Shown piece by piece: positions 47,214 through 56,219 of a stretch of DNA of 64,000 bases. The first letter of the stretch is position 1. Every line of letters begins with the position of its first letter. Under the pieces are notes generated by a model, which ran no database searches, was not told where the DNA came from, and saw nothing but the letters and a program-made list of their open reading frames with translations. The translations under genes and the position numbers were made by a program. Origin of the DNA: an uncultured Desulfospira sp. (GTDB taxonomy: Bacteria > Desulfobacterota > Desulfobacteria > Desulfobacterales > Desulfobacteraceae); contig OY760175.1 of the NCBI GenBank assembly GCA_963663165.1, forward strand, positions 3,800,153 through 3,864,152. Reading direction: 5' to 3'.

Positions 47214-48206
47214 ATGAAACTCAACAAAACCGACTTTCTGTTGATCAAGGCACTTCAAAAAAACGGCAGCGCCAGCTATTCGGATCTTGCCGGGGAACTG
47301 GGCATTACCGCCAAAACCGTTGCCAAAAAAACCGACCGGCTGCTGAAGAACAAAGTGATCTCCATCATTGCGCGACCCAACCCATACAGGCTCGGGCTTT
47401 TGGAAAGCGCCTTCATTGCCCTGAAAACCAACTTGTTAAAAAACGGGGAAATCTGCCGCTATCTGTCGGATAACTTTAATGTCAACCTGGTCCAGACCGT
47501 GTTCGGCAGCTATGACATCATAGCCGTTGTCTATTTTCAAGACCTGCAGCAGCTTCACAAGTTCATTGATGAAGAACTGTATACCCTGGACGGGGTCATC
47601 AAGGTGAAGACCTATTTCATTAAAGACACCTATAAACGGTACGATCGTTTTTTTGAAAAAGAATCCTTTTCCCAGGAGCCCGTTAAGATGAAAGAGACGG
47701 ACTGGGAGCTTGTCAAAACCCTGTCCTGTGACGCCCGGGCCAACCCGGCCCATTTGGCGGAGGCTTTCGGGATTCACTTATCCACGGTCTACCGGCGCAT
47801 TGAAACCCTGCAGAAAACCGGGGCCATCAGTATCAGTGCCGTGCCCAACCCGTCGCGCCTGACCCCCCATTCATCCAATGCCTTTGTTATTTTAGAAACC
47901 CCTCCCCAGGAGGTGACGCTGCTCTTTAAAAAGCTGCGGGATTGCCCTGAAGTCCATTTTCTGATGACCACCAACACCCACTCCGGCCTGATCGCCTGCA
48001 TCCACTCAAGGGACAATGCCTCGCTGTTTCAATTCATCCAGCAGTATATCTCATCTCCCAACGGGCTTCTCAATGCGGATGTCTTTATCCGGGCCATGGT
48101 CCATAAAACTTATTACAACTGGTTTAAGGATGATGCTGTCCCGGTGGACGGTGAAAAAACTGTGGAACTGGTAGATTCGGGCCTTGAATTGTCAAAAGGG
48201 CTTTAA
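47214..48206 (+). CDS. Tandem (duplicated) Lrp/AsnC-family transcriptional regulator, paralog 2
   Basis: 330 aa, colinear with 14434-15351. Shared blocks include LIKALQKNGSASYSDLAGELGITAKTV, YKRYDRFFEKE and LAEAFGIHLSTVYRRIETL. Confidence 0.8.
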   Translation: MKLNKTDFLLIKALQKNGSASYSDLAGELGITAKTVAKKTDRLLKNKVISIIARPNPYRLGLLESAFIALKTNLLKNGEICRYLSDNFNVNLVQTVFGSYDIIAVVYFQDLQQLHKFIDEELYTLDGVIKVKTYFIKDTYKRYDRFFEKESFSQEPVKMKETDWELVKTLSCDARANPAHLAEAFGIHLSTVYRRIETLQKTGAISISAVPNPSRLTPHSSNAFVILETPPQEVTLLFKKLRDCPEVHFLMTTNTHSGLIACIHSRDNASLFQFIQQYISSPNGLLNADVFIRAMVHKTYYNWFKDDAVPVDGEKTVELVDSGLELSKGL

Positions 48207-48480
48207 CTGCCTGAACTATCAGTTAAAAAATAATGGCAATATCTTGTCTTTGAATTGGCGGTTTTTTTTAAAAATAGAGAAAAAAAAGAAAATTTAGAAT
48301 TTTCTCTTTACTTTTTGTTCAATTTATCTTATTCGCTGTAATCAATGGCCTCGCTCATGTTGCCCTGCTTATCTTGACTACTTTATGTTAACTGGCCTTG
48401 CTTTGCTGATGTTGTCGTGTGTCGTGGATTTGGTTTTGCCGGATCCTTATCGAAATAATTTTTTCAACGGGGAGAAATGA

Positions 48481-51123
48481 ATGGCAGCAAAAAAAATTGA
48501 CGAATCAAAAATGAAAGTCGACAAAACGGTTTACAAAGCCTTAGGGCTTAGTGGCGGGATCTTCGGTGCCTCGCCTTGTGCCGTGGACGTGAAAGACGGG
48601 AAAGTTATTCGTATCAGACCGATGCATTGGGCTGAAAAATACGATTATAACAGCTTTAATCCCTGGAAGATCGAGCGGAACGGAAAGCTGTTTGAACCCC
48701 TTCACAAATCCGTACCTTCACCGTGGAGTCTGGCTTACAAAAAGCGGACCTATTCGCCAAACCGGGTCAAGTACCCCTTAAAACGCGTTGACTGGGACCC
48801 TAAGGGGGATCGGAACACCCAAAACCGCGGCAAAAGTAAATTCGTACGGATCTCCTGGGACGAAGCCACTGATCTTATTGCAGATGAAATCAAACGGGTT
48901 CACAAAGAGTACGGCCCATTGAGCATCCTGGTCCAAGGCGACGGACACGGTGAATGTAAGATGCTTCACGCGCCTCATGGTTGCTCCACCCTGCTGTTCG
49001 ACAAGATGGGCGGTTTTACTCAGCAAGTGCGAAATCCTGACTCCTGGGAAGGCTGGTACTGGGGTGCCAAGCACGTCTGGGGAAAAGGCTTCATCGGCAT
49101 GATGGCCCCGGCTGAAAACGTGGTAAAAGATATCTGCGAAAACAGCGACATGGTTGTCGTCTGGGGCGGTGACCCGGAAACCACCCACTGGGGCTTCCGC
49201 GGCCAGCTGGCCAGCCGTCTGCTCTATTACTGGACGGAAATCGGTATCAAACAGGTCTATATCTGTCCGGACCTGAACTACTCCGCCTGTATCCACGCCG
49301 ACAAGTGGATCCCGGTCCTGCCCAACACAGATGCGGCCCTTCAGCTGGCCATCATCTACCTGTGGGTGACCGAAGACACCTATGACAAAGAATATGTCAA
49401 AACCCACTGCATCGGCATGGACAAAATCGAAGACTATGTCCTGGGTAAAGTAGACGGCGTCGTCAAAACACCGAAGTGGGCATCAGAAAAATGCGGCGTT
49501 CCGCCATGGACCATCAAAGCCCTGGCCCGCGACTGGGCCAAGAAGATTGTCACCATCGGCCATTACTTTGCCGGCGGTATGGCCAGAGGGCCCTTCTCTC
49601 ACGAACCGGCCCGCCTTGAATGTATCTTGCTGGGCATGCAGGGCCTGGGTAAACCCGGCGTTCATCAGGCCCAGATCGCTTACACGGGCATGCCTAAAAA
49701 TGTCACTGCCGGCGGCGCCGACCATATGGGCACCTTTGGCAACCTTGAAGGCACACCGGCAGGCGAACGTATCCTGAAACCCCACCGGGGCACACCCACC
49801 GCCTGGGGCAAACAGATGATTCCCAAAACCCTTATCGAAAAGGCCATCAAAGAGGGCACCGTGGAATTCTGGGGCACTGGCGGCCATGAAGAAGATTCCA
49901 CGAACCAATACGTAAAATATACCTATCCCATCCCCAAGGAAGAAGGCGGGACAGAAGTCCACTTTTTCTGGACAGACACCCCCTGCCGCCAGACCTGCTG
50001 GGGCCATGGCAATGATATCGCCGATACGGTCCGTGATCCCAAGATTGAAACCGTTGTCGCCCAGCATCCCTGGCTGGAAAACGACTGCCTGTTCGCCGAT
50101 ATCATTCTGCCCACCAACACCACCCTTGAGGTGGATGACATTTCTCCTTGTCTTCGTGACGGCGACAGCTTCCAGAGCGTTATCAACATGCGCAAGGCCG
50201 TTGAGCCTGTGGGCGAATCAAAGTCTGACTTTGAAGCCATTGTTGAAGTGGCCAAAAAGCTGGGTATGGAAGAAGCGGTTACCGAAGGTTTCACCATTGA
50301 CGACCTGATCCGGGAAACTTATCTGGGCATGAAGTTTGACAAAGTCATTCCTTTTGAAGAGTTCCTGGAAAAAGACTATGTGATTCTGCCGGTTGCCAAA
50401 AACTGGGAAGAGCATCCTGCAGGTCTTTACAAGTTCTACGAAGATCCGGAAGCCAACCCGCTTCCCACACCAACCGGAAAGCTTGAGTTCTACTCAAAAA
50501 GCCTTGAGGAAGCCTTCCCCTGTGACGAAGAACGTCCTCCCTTCCCCAAATGGCTGGAGAAAACCATCACCCATGATGAAAGAACCTCCAGTTACCGCGC
50601 CAAGAAATACCCGCTGCTCGTACTGTCCAACCACGGCCGGTGGAGAGTTCATGCCCAGGCCGATGATATCCCCTGGAGCAAGGAAGCCATGACCGGTAAG
50701 GTCAGAGGGTTTGACGGCTATCTGTATGAACCCTGCTGGATCAATACCCAGGACGCTGAAGCCCGCGGCATCAAGTTTGGTGATATTGTCCGGGTCTACA
50801 ACGAACGCGGCAGCGTTCTGTGCGGTGCCCTGGCTTACGAACGGGTCATGCCCGGAGCCGTCTCCATCGATCACGGTGCCCGGGTGGATTTCATTATCCC
50901 CGGAGAACTGGATCGCGGTGGCGCCATCAACCTGATCACCCCGGGCGGTTTAACATCAAAACATGCAGCCGGTCAGGCCACCACTGCCTTCCTGGTAGAG
51001 GTTGAAAGGGTCAGCATGCAGCAAATGGATGAATGGCGGCAGAAATATCCGGAAGCCTTTGAAAGACAGTATGATTATGCGTCAGGCCTGCACTTTAACG
51101 GATGGATCGAGGAGGAAAAATAG
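48481..51123 (+). CDS. Transhydroxylase-family Mo enzyme, alpha subunit 2 (divergent subgroup)
   Basis: 880 aa. Shows YSPNRVKYPLKRVDWDPKGDRNTQNRGKSKFVRISWDEATD, QGDGHGECK and RNPDSWEGWYWG. No Cys cluster and no Tat leader. RBS GGGGAG. Confidence 0.85.
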   Translation: MAAKKIDESKMKVDKTVYKALGLSGGIFGASPCAVDVKDGKVIRIRPMHWAEKYDYNSFNPWKIERNGKLFEPLHKSVPSPWSLAYKKRTYSPNRVKYPLKRVDWDPKGDRNTQNRGKSKFVRISWDEATDLIADEIKRVHKEYGPLSILVQGDGHGECKMLHAPHGCSTLLFDKMGGFTQQVRNPDSWEGWYWGAKHVWGKGFIGMMAPAENVVKDICENSDMVVVWGGDPETTHWGFRGQLASRLLYYWTEIGIKQVYICPDLNYSACIHADKWIPVLPNTDAALQLAIIYLWVTEDTYDKEYVKTHCIGMDKIEDYVLGKVDGVVKTPKWASEKCGVPPWTIKALARDWAKKIVTIGHYFAGGMARGPFSHEPARLECILLGMQGLGKPGVHQAQIAYTGMPKNVTAGGADHMGTFGNLEGTPAGERILKPHRGTPTAWGKQMIPKTLIEKAIKEGTVEFWGTGGHEEDSTNQYVKYTYPIPKEEGGTEVHFFWTDTPCRQTCWGHGNDIADTVRDPKIETVVAQHPWLENDCLFADIILPTNTTLEVDDISPCLRDGDSFQSVINMRKAVEPVGESKSDFEAIVEVAKKLGMEEAVTEGFTIDDLIRETYLGMKFDKVIPFEEFLEKDYVILPVAKNWEEHPAGLYKFYEDPEANPLPTPTGKLEFYSKSLEEAFPCDEERPPFPKWLEKTITHDERTSSYRAKKYPLLVLSNHGRWRVHAQADDIPWSKEAMTGKVRGFDGYLYEPCWINTQDAEARGIKFGDIVRVYNERGSVLCGALAYERVMPGAVSIDHGARVDFIIPGELDRGGAINLITPGGLTSKHAAGQATTAFLVEVERVSMQQMDEWRQKYPEAFERQYDYASGLHFNGWIEEEK

Positions 51124-51125
51124 AT

Positions 51126-51947
51126 ATGGGAAAAAAAGTATTTGTAATTGATTTGTCTATCTGTAACGGATGTTATACCTGCCAGTTTGCCTGCAAAGAC
51201 GAACATTGCGGCAATGACTGGTCGCCAATTGCCAAATCCCAGCCCGAAATCGGGCAGTTCTGGGTAAAGCTGACCGAAGAGGTTCGCGGTACGGTTCCCA
51301 AGGTCAAGGTAGCATACCGTCCCCATATGTGCATGCATTGCGACAATGCCGCCTGCATGGCTTCCTGCCCCACTGAAGGTGCCATCTACAAACGCGACGA
51401 CGGGCTGGTCATCATTGATGCTGAAGCCTGCACCGGATGCCGGAACTGCATGGACGCATGCCCTTATGACGCTATCTATTTCAATGAAGACCTCAACCTG
51501 GCACAGAAATGCACCGGTTGCGCCCACCTGCTGGACAGCGGATGGGAAGAACCCAGATGCGTGGATGCATGCCCGACCCTGGCCCTCAAGTTTGTGGATG
51601 AAGACGAAGCAAAAGATATAATTGCCGCGTCTGAAGTCTGGAAACCCGAGTTAAAAGACACGGCCAAACCCCGGGTCTACTATCAGAATGTGCCGGGACA
51701 GTTTATTGCCGGCACCCTGTATGACCCTGCCGAGGAAGAAGTGATCATCGGTGCTGTCGCCAACTTGACCGGCAGCGACGGAAAGGCGTTGACCGCAGAA
51801 ACCGACGCCTATGGCGATTTCTGGTTTGAAGGGCTTGACAAAGGGGTTTTTGACCTTGAGCTGAAAAGTAATGGAAAGGTCAAAAGCTTTACCGGGCTCG
51901 ACATAACTCAAAAAGACTTGAACCTCGGGGATATTCCCTTAGTATAA
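51126..51947 (+). CDS. FeS beta subunit 2
   Basis: ATG at 51126, just after the alpha stop: MGKKVFVIDLSICNGCYTCQFACKDEHCGNDW... Tail TDAYGDFWFEGLDKG. Confidence 0.85.
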   Translation: MGKKVFVIDLSICNGCYTCQFACKDEHCGNDWSPIAKSQPEIGQFWVKLTEEVRGTVPKVKVAYRPHMCMHCDNAACMASCPTEGAIYKRDDGLVIIDAEACTGCRNCMDACPYDAIYFNEDLNLAQKCTGCAHLLDSGWEEPRCVDACPTLALKFVDEDEAKDIIAASEVWKPELKDTAKPRVYYQNVPGQFIAGTLYDPAEEEVIIGAVANLTGSDGKALTAETDAYGDFWFEGLDKGVFDLELKSNGKVKSFTGLDITQKDLNLGDIPLV

Positions 51948-52237
51948 CGGCCGCGGCCGGCCTGGATGGAGAAACCAACACTTCCCCTTCCAGGCTGGCC
52001 TGCTGGTAAAGCCATTGCGCAACACCGGATGGCTGACGGCTAAAAACCATAGTTTATTGCAAATGAATTAATCCATAGCTGGACTTCTTAATTTTGGCTC
52101 TTGCTCAAGACCATAAATTCAGGTAAGAGCAAGATGACGCGCAGGAGAAACAGATCTAGTCATTTGCGGCAGACTATAGCAGCTTTTACATAAACTGTTC
52201 TGTGCTGGGAGCAACGGCCCCTGACATAGGAGAATTG

Positions 52238-53263
52238 ATGATGCTGACAAGGGAAACCCCTAACGCCTTCTTCCTGAAACCAGGTTCAGTAAGCCAGTCC
52301 ATCGGCGTCACCACAGGGGGATATCGAAATATCCGGGAACTTTTACACCATTCCTGCCCCGGGCTGATGGCCTCGGCAAGAAAGGTGATTGAAGACTCGG
52401 AATTTACCTATTGCAACAATGCCAGAAAAGAGAGCTTTTTATGGCAGCATACGGTATACGTTGCCTCCATGGCCATGACCCTCTCATATAAAGAAGGCAT
52501 TGATCCGCTGTTTCCGGTTCTAATATCCCTGTTCCATGACAGTGGAAAATTTGATAAGGGTAAATTTCATTCAGGCAACACACCGGAAGAAGAAAAAGGC
52601 GCCGCTATTGCGATAGACCTGATGAAGGCGGCAGGCTTTTCCCGGGAAGCATGCGGGCAGGTCAGGAGCAGCCTTTTGGCGCTGCACAATGATAATGTAA
52701 AAGGAGATATCAACACCCGTATCGTTAATGACGCTGATTTTCTAGTCAAATTCGGGCATATGGGATTTGCCAATTTTTTTGAAAAATCCGTACTCAGGGG
52801 CATGGTGATCCGCAGCAGTATCCTTAAAACCCTAAGCAAGGAACTGACTTATGCGGCAAGCCTTGCCACCCATATGCATACCCGGTCCGGAAAGGCCATG
52901 GCCCGAAAAAAAGCGGCCGTGTCCATTTCCCTGTTCCGCAATTACCTTGAGGAGTTAAGGATTGCCGGGATTGCCGATTATGAGATCCGGAAAACCAGGG
53001 TTTCCTGGTGTAAGGATATCCGGATTTTTCTGGTTTTGCCCAGGGTTTGCGAGCATTGCTTTGGCAGGCTTTCGGCAAGCTTTGGCCGGGAAAAGGGGAT
53101 CAAGCGTGAACGGTTGGTGGTTCATATCGACTGCCCTGTGTGCAAGGGGAACAACCGGTATGGGTTTTCCTTTTGTTTGCCCCGGATAGATTCTCACCGG
53201 ACCATCACCAGCGGATCTGATTTTGAAACCACCGGCTTTTGTCCACAACTGCAAGGAGGATGA
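52238..53263 (+). CDS. HD-domain protein with C-terminal Cys4 zinc-ribbon-like motif
   Basis: ATG at 52238 after AGGAG. H...HD motif (LWQHTVYVA...LISLFHDSGKF). CEHCFG...CPVCKG near the C-terminus. Confidence 0.6.
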   Translation: MMLTRETPNAFFLKPGSVSQSIGVTTGGYRNIRELLHHSCPGLMASARKVIEDSEFTYCNNARKESFLWQHTVYVASMAMTLSYKEGIDPLFPVLISLFHDSGKFDKGKFHSGNTPEEEKGAAIAIDLMKAAGFSREACGQVRSSLLALHNDNVKGDINTRIVNDADFLVKFGHMGFANFFEKSVLRGMVIRSSILKTLSKELTYAASLATHMHTRSGKAMARKKAAVSISLFRNYLEELRIAGIADYEIRKTRVSWCKDIRIFLVLPRVCEHCFGRLSASFGREKGIKRERLVVHIDCPVCKGNNRYGFSFCLPRIDSHRTITSGSDFETTGFCPQLQGG

Positions 53264-53405
53264 CCGCTAAAAGCTACCGGCTAAATGCCAATAGCGAATA
53301 GCTTGCAAAATAAACATTTAGCAATGAAAGGAGGTGAACTTCCCGGCAGTACCGTTTCAAGATGGCGAAAATTGGGTAACACTAAACTAAAGAAAGGAGA
53401 AGTAA

Positions 53406-54419
53406 ATGCAAAAGAATCGTTTGATGGTTAGATTATTGTTCGCAGCTCTTTTCATTATGGCCGGAGTGTTTTCTACTACATTCCTTTCACCTGCAACCTC
53501 TCAAGCCGCCGATGTCATAGAGCTCAAAGCGGTAACCTCTTTTCCCAAAAGTGCAGTTGACAACCTGGCACTGCCCGACCTGATTAAACTGGTTGAAAAA
53601 AAGACCAATGGGCAGATCAAAATCAAATATGTGGGTGGCCCTGAAGTTGTTAAGACCTTTGACCAGGCCGAAGCACTCCGTCGCGGCAACATTGACATGA
53701 TTTTGTTTACCCCGCTGGGGTATTTAAAGTCCCTTGCGCCTGAACTCCAGGCCAAAGGCCTTTCAAAACTGACCGCCTGGGAAGAGCGTAAAAAAGGGGT
53801 TAATGAGATCTGGGATAAAATCCTTCAGGAAAAAGTCGGTGCCAAATACCTGGGGAACATCCACTCTGTGGTCGATTTCAGTATTTATACCAATAAAAAG
53901 GTATCCGGACTTGCCGATTTTAAAGGCCTGAAAATCCGGGCCATGCCGCTGTATACTGCCTTCCTCCAGAAATTGGGGGCCAAACCCATCATTATCCCGC
54001 CCACCGATATCTATACCGCCATGCAGCGCGGCGTTGTGGACGGATTTATCTTCTCAACCGACTTCGAGGTTCCCAACTGGGGATGGCACGAAGTCAGCAA
54101 GTACAAAATCGTTCCAGGCTTTTTCCAGCTTGAAAACGGTACGTTGATCAACTTGAAAAAATTCAACTCGCTTCCCAAAGACTGTCAGGAAGCCCTTGAA
54201 ACTTGTGTAGAAATTTTTGAAGGCATTGATACCGTCCGGATCATCCAGACCAAGGACAAGGCCTGGGAGATCATGAAGGCCGCTGGTGTTCAGGAGATCG
54301 TACTGCCTGATGAAGACGCCAAGAAACTGGTAGAAATTGCCGAATCAGCGACCTGGGAAGCAGTTCTCAAGGATGCGCCTGAAATGGCAGAAGTAAAAGA
54401 GCTGATTACCACGAAATAA
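53406..54419 (+). CDS. dctP: Orphan TRAP substrate-binding protein (DctP family), paralog of 42076-43098
   Basis: 337 aa with a signal peptide. Long identical stretches to the 42076 protein (LKAVT.FPK, LPDLIK, YVGGPEVVK.FDQ.EA.RRG.IDMIL, APELQAKGLS.L.AWEER). No dctQM follows. Confidence 0.88.
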   Translation: MQKNRLMVRLLFAALFIMAGVFSTTFLSPATSQAADVIELKAVTSFPKSAVDNLALPDLIKLVEKKTNGQIKIKYVGGPEVVKTFDQAEALRRGNIDMILFTPLGYLKSLAPELQAKGLSKLTAWEERKKGVNEIWDKILQEKVGAKYLGNIHSVVDFSIYTNKKVSGLADFKGLKIRAMPLYTAFLQKLGAKPIIIPPTDIYTAMQRGVVDGFIFSTDFEVPNWGWHEVSKYKIVPGFFQLENGTLINLKKFNSLPKDCQEALETCVEIFEGIDTVRIIQTKDKAWEIMKAAGVQEIVLPDEDAKKLVEIAESATWEAVLKDAPEMAEVKELITTK

Positions 54420-54648
54420 TTTTCGTGTTGTACAACGCTTTTTTAAGGCGTTAAATATAACGCCGGCTGATACCTTGCTGTTGACCTCCACTATCTGAAC
54501 TGAATCTCTTATCAGCACCTTTATATTAACCCGGCAACTTCTCGTTTACGGTTGCTGGTCTCGGTTTTCTATGTCTCTACGGATCTTGTAGTAGAATTGC
54601 CGGGTTAATAAACGCCTTTGAATCCGGGTTTTACCCGAACCTTAATGA

Positions 54649-54901
54649 AAAAGGGATATGGCCGAGAAAGACCGGACCTATTCCCACCACAGGATAAAAT
54701 ATCCAATGGTTCGTGAGGATTTTGATCCCAATGGAGAAACGAAATACCGAGAACCGCGGAAAATCAGGCTGCCGCCGGGTTAGCTGGAACGAAGCATTGG
54801 ATATGGTATCCTCTGAAATCAAGCGGGTCCAGGACACTTATGGTAAGGGTTTGGCGATTTTGAATTTGAAAACCTGCCCAAGGGAAATGAATATACATTA
54901 A
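54649..54901 (+). pseudogene. Decayed alpha-subunit fragment A (frameshifted, truncated)
   Basis: ...DRTYSHHRIKYPMVREDFDPNGE then a +1 shift into NTENRGKSGCRRVSWNEALDMVSSEIKRVQDTYGKG. This matches the conserved N-terminal block of the intact alphas, and the rest is missing. Confidence 0.75.
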
Positions 54902-55087
54902 AAATAGAACTAGAACTGCCCGGGTATTTGCCCTGGGAGACCATTTTAACAACAGATGAGCATTGGGTTGACGGCCGGATTCAATTGACCAGGCAGTAAG
55001 CAAACCTTAAGGTTAAAGATACCGGCCCGTCATCGTCCATGTTTTAAAGACGACTGGAAAAAAATTATTTGACGAAAATTAACATTG

Positions 55088-55170
55088 ATTGTCGTCTTCA
55101 GTACAGTCACAGAATTTTATTTCTGAGAAGATCTTAAATCATCACGGTTAAAGAAGTTCTCGGCAATAAT
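55088..55170 (+). promoter_or_regulatory. Duplicated leader motif (copy 1): ATTGTCGTCTTCAGTACAGTCA...TTTCTGAGAAGAT...AAGAAGTTCYCGGCAATAAT
   Basis: Three conserved blocks are shared with 61071-61166. They contain the TGTCG-N6-GTACA palindrome and a TCTTCAG/CTGAGAAGA stem. Confidence 0.4.
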
Positions 55171-55262
55171 ACCGGGTATGCGCGCTGCCCATGAAACGGG
55201 TTGATTGGAACCCAAACGGTGAACGGAACCCCCAAAACAGGGGGAAAAACAAATATGAATGA
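55171..55262 (+). pseudogene. Decayed alpha-subunit fragment B
   Basis: MKRVDWNPNGERNPQNRGKNKYE* is joined directly to the leader motif. In the intact gene at 61194 this block lies about 280 nt into the CDS. Confidence 0.7.
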
Positions 55263-55341
55263 ATCAGTTAGGCAAAAGCTGCAAAAATCGCATTAAATGA
55301 GATTGACCGCTTTACGCCTGGGTTGTGGGAGGTGACAAATT

Positions 55342-56163
55342 ATGAAAGTATTTGCTATTGACTTATCCATGTGCAACGGATGCTATTGCTGTCAGATTGC
55401 CTGCAAAGACGAACATGTGGGCAATGACTGGGCGCCTTATGCCAAACCCCAGCCCGATACAGGACAATTTTGGATCGGCTTGGAAGAACAGGTTCGCGGC
55501 CAGGTGCCCAAGGTCATGGTGACCTACATTCCCCACCTTTGTCAGCATTGCGACGATGCGCCGTGTATCAAGCAGTGCGAAGTGGGTGCCATCCTGAAAC
55601 GGGACGACGGCATTGTGTTGATTGAACCTGATTTATGCACCGGCTGCCAGCTGTGCGTCAGCACTTGTCCTTACAATGCCATTTTCTTTAATGAAGATTT
55701 GAACATTGCCCAGAAATGCACGGGATGCAGCCATCTGCGGGACAATGAACCCGATGAATGGACCGTGCCGCGCTGCGTGGACCAGTGCCCCACCGACGCC
55801 CTTCGTTTCGGTGAAGAGGAAGAGTTTGCCGATTTTATCAAAGACGCCCAACAGTTGAACCCGGATGCCGGCACCAAGGGCCGGGTCTATTACAAAAATC
55901 TTCCTAAAAAGTTCATTGGCGGCACCATCTACGATCCCAGCGAAAAAGAGGTGATCATCGGCGCCGCATGCACGCTAAAGGACAACGATTCCGGCCAAAG
56001 CTTTTCCACTGAAACGGACAACTTTGGTGACTTTTGGTTTCGAGGGCTGGACGATGACCGCAGTTTTACCCTGACCTTTGAAAAGAACGGTAAAACCCAT
56101 ACTATCGACGGCATATCCACGGATAAGGATCTTTCTTTGGGGGATATCCCTATAACCTTTTAA
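55342..56163 (+). CDS. FeS beta subunit 3
   Basis: 273 aa. MKVFAIDLSMCNGCYCCQIACKDEHVGNDW... Tail TDNFGDFWFRGLDDD. RBS GGGAGG. Confidence 0.85.
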   Translation: MKVFAIDLSMCNGCYCCQIACKDEHVGNDWAPYAKPQPDTGQFWIGLEEQVRGQVPKVMVTYIPHLCQHCDDAPCIKQCEVGAILKRDDGIVLIEPDLCTGCQLCVSTCPYNAIFFNEDLNIAQKCTGCSHLRDNEPDEWTVPRCVDQCPTDALRFGEEEEFADFIKDAQQLNPDAGTKGRVYYKNLPKKFIGGTIYDPSEKEVIIGAACTLKDNDSGQSFSTETDNFGDFWFRGLDDDRSFTLTFEKNGKTHTIDGISTDKDLSLGDIPITF

Positions 56164-56219
56164 TTTAATATAAGAAATTCTTATTCGATCAATTACAATG
56201 CTGGAGGCAAATATACGTT

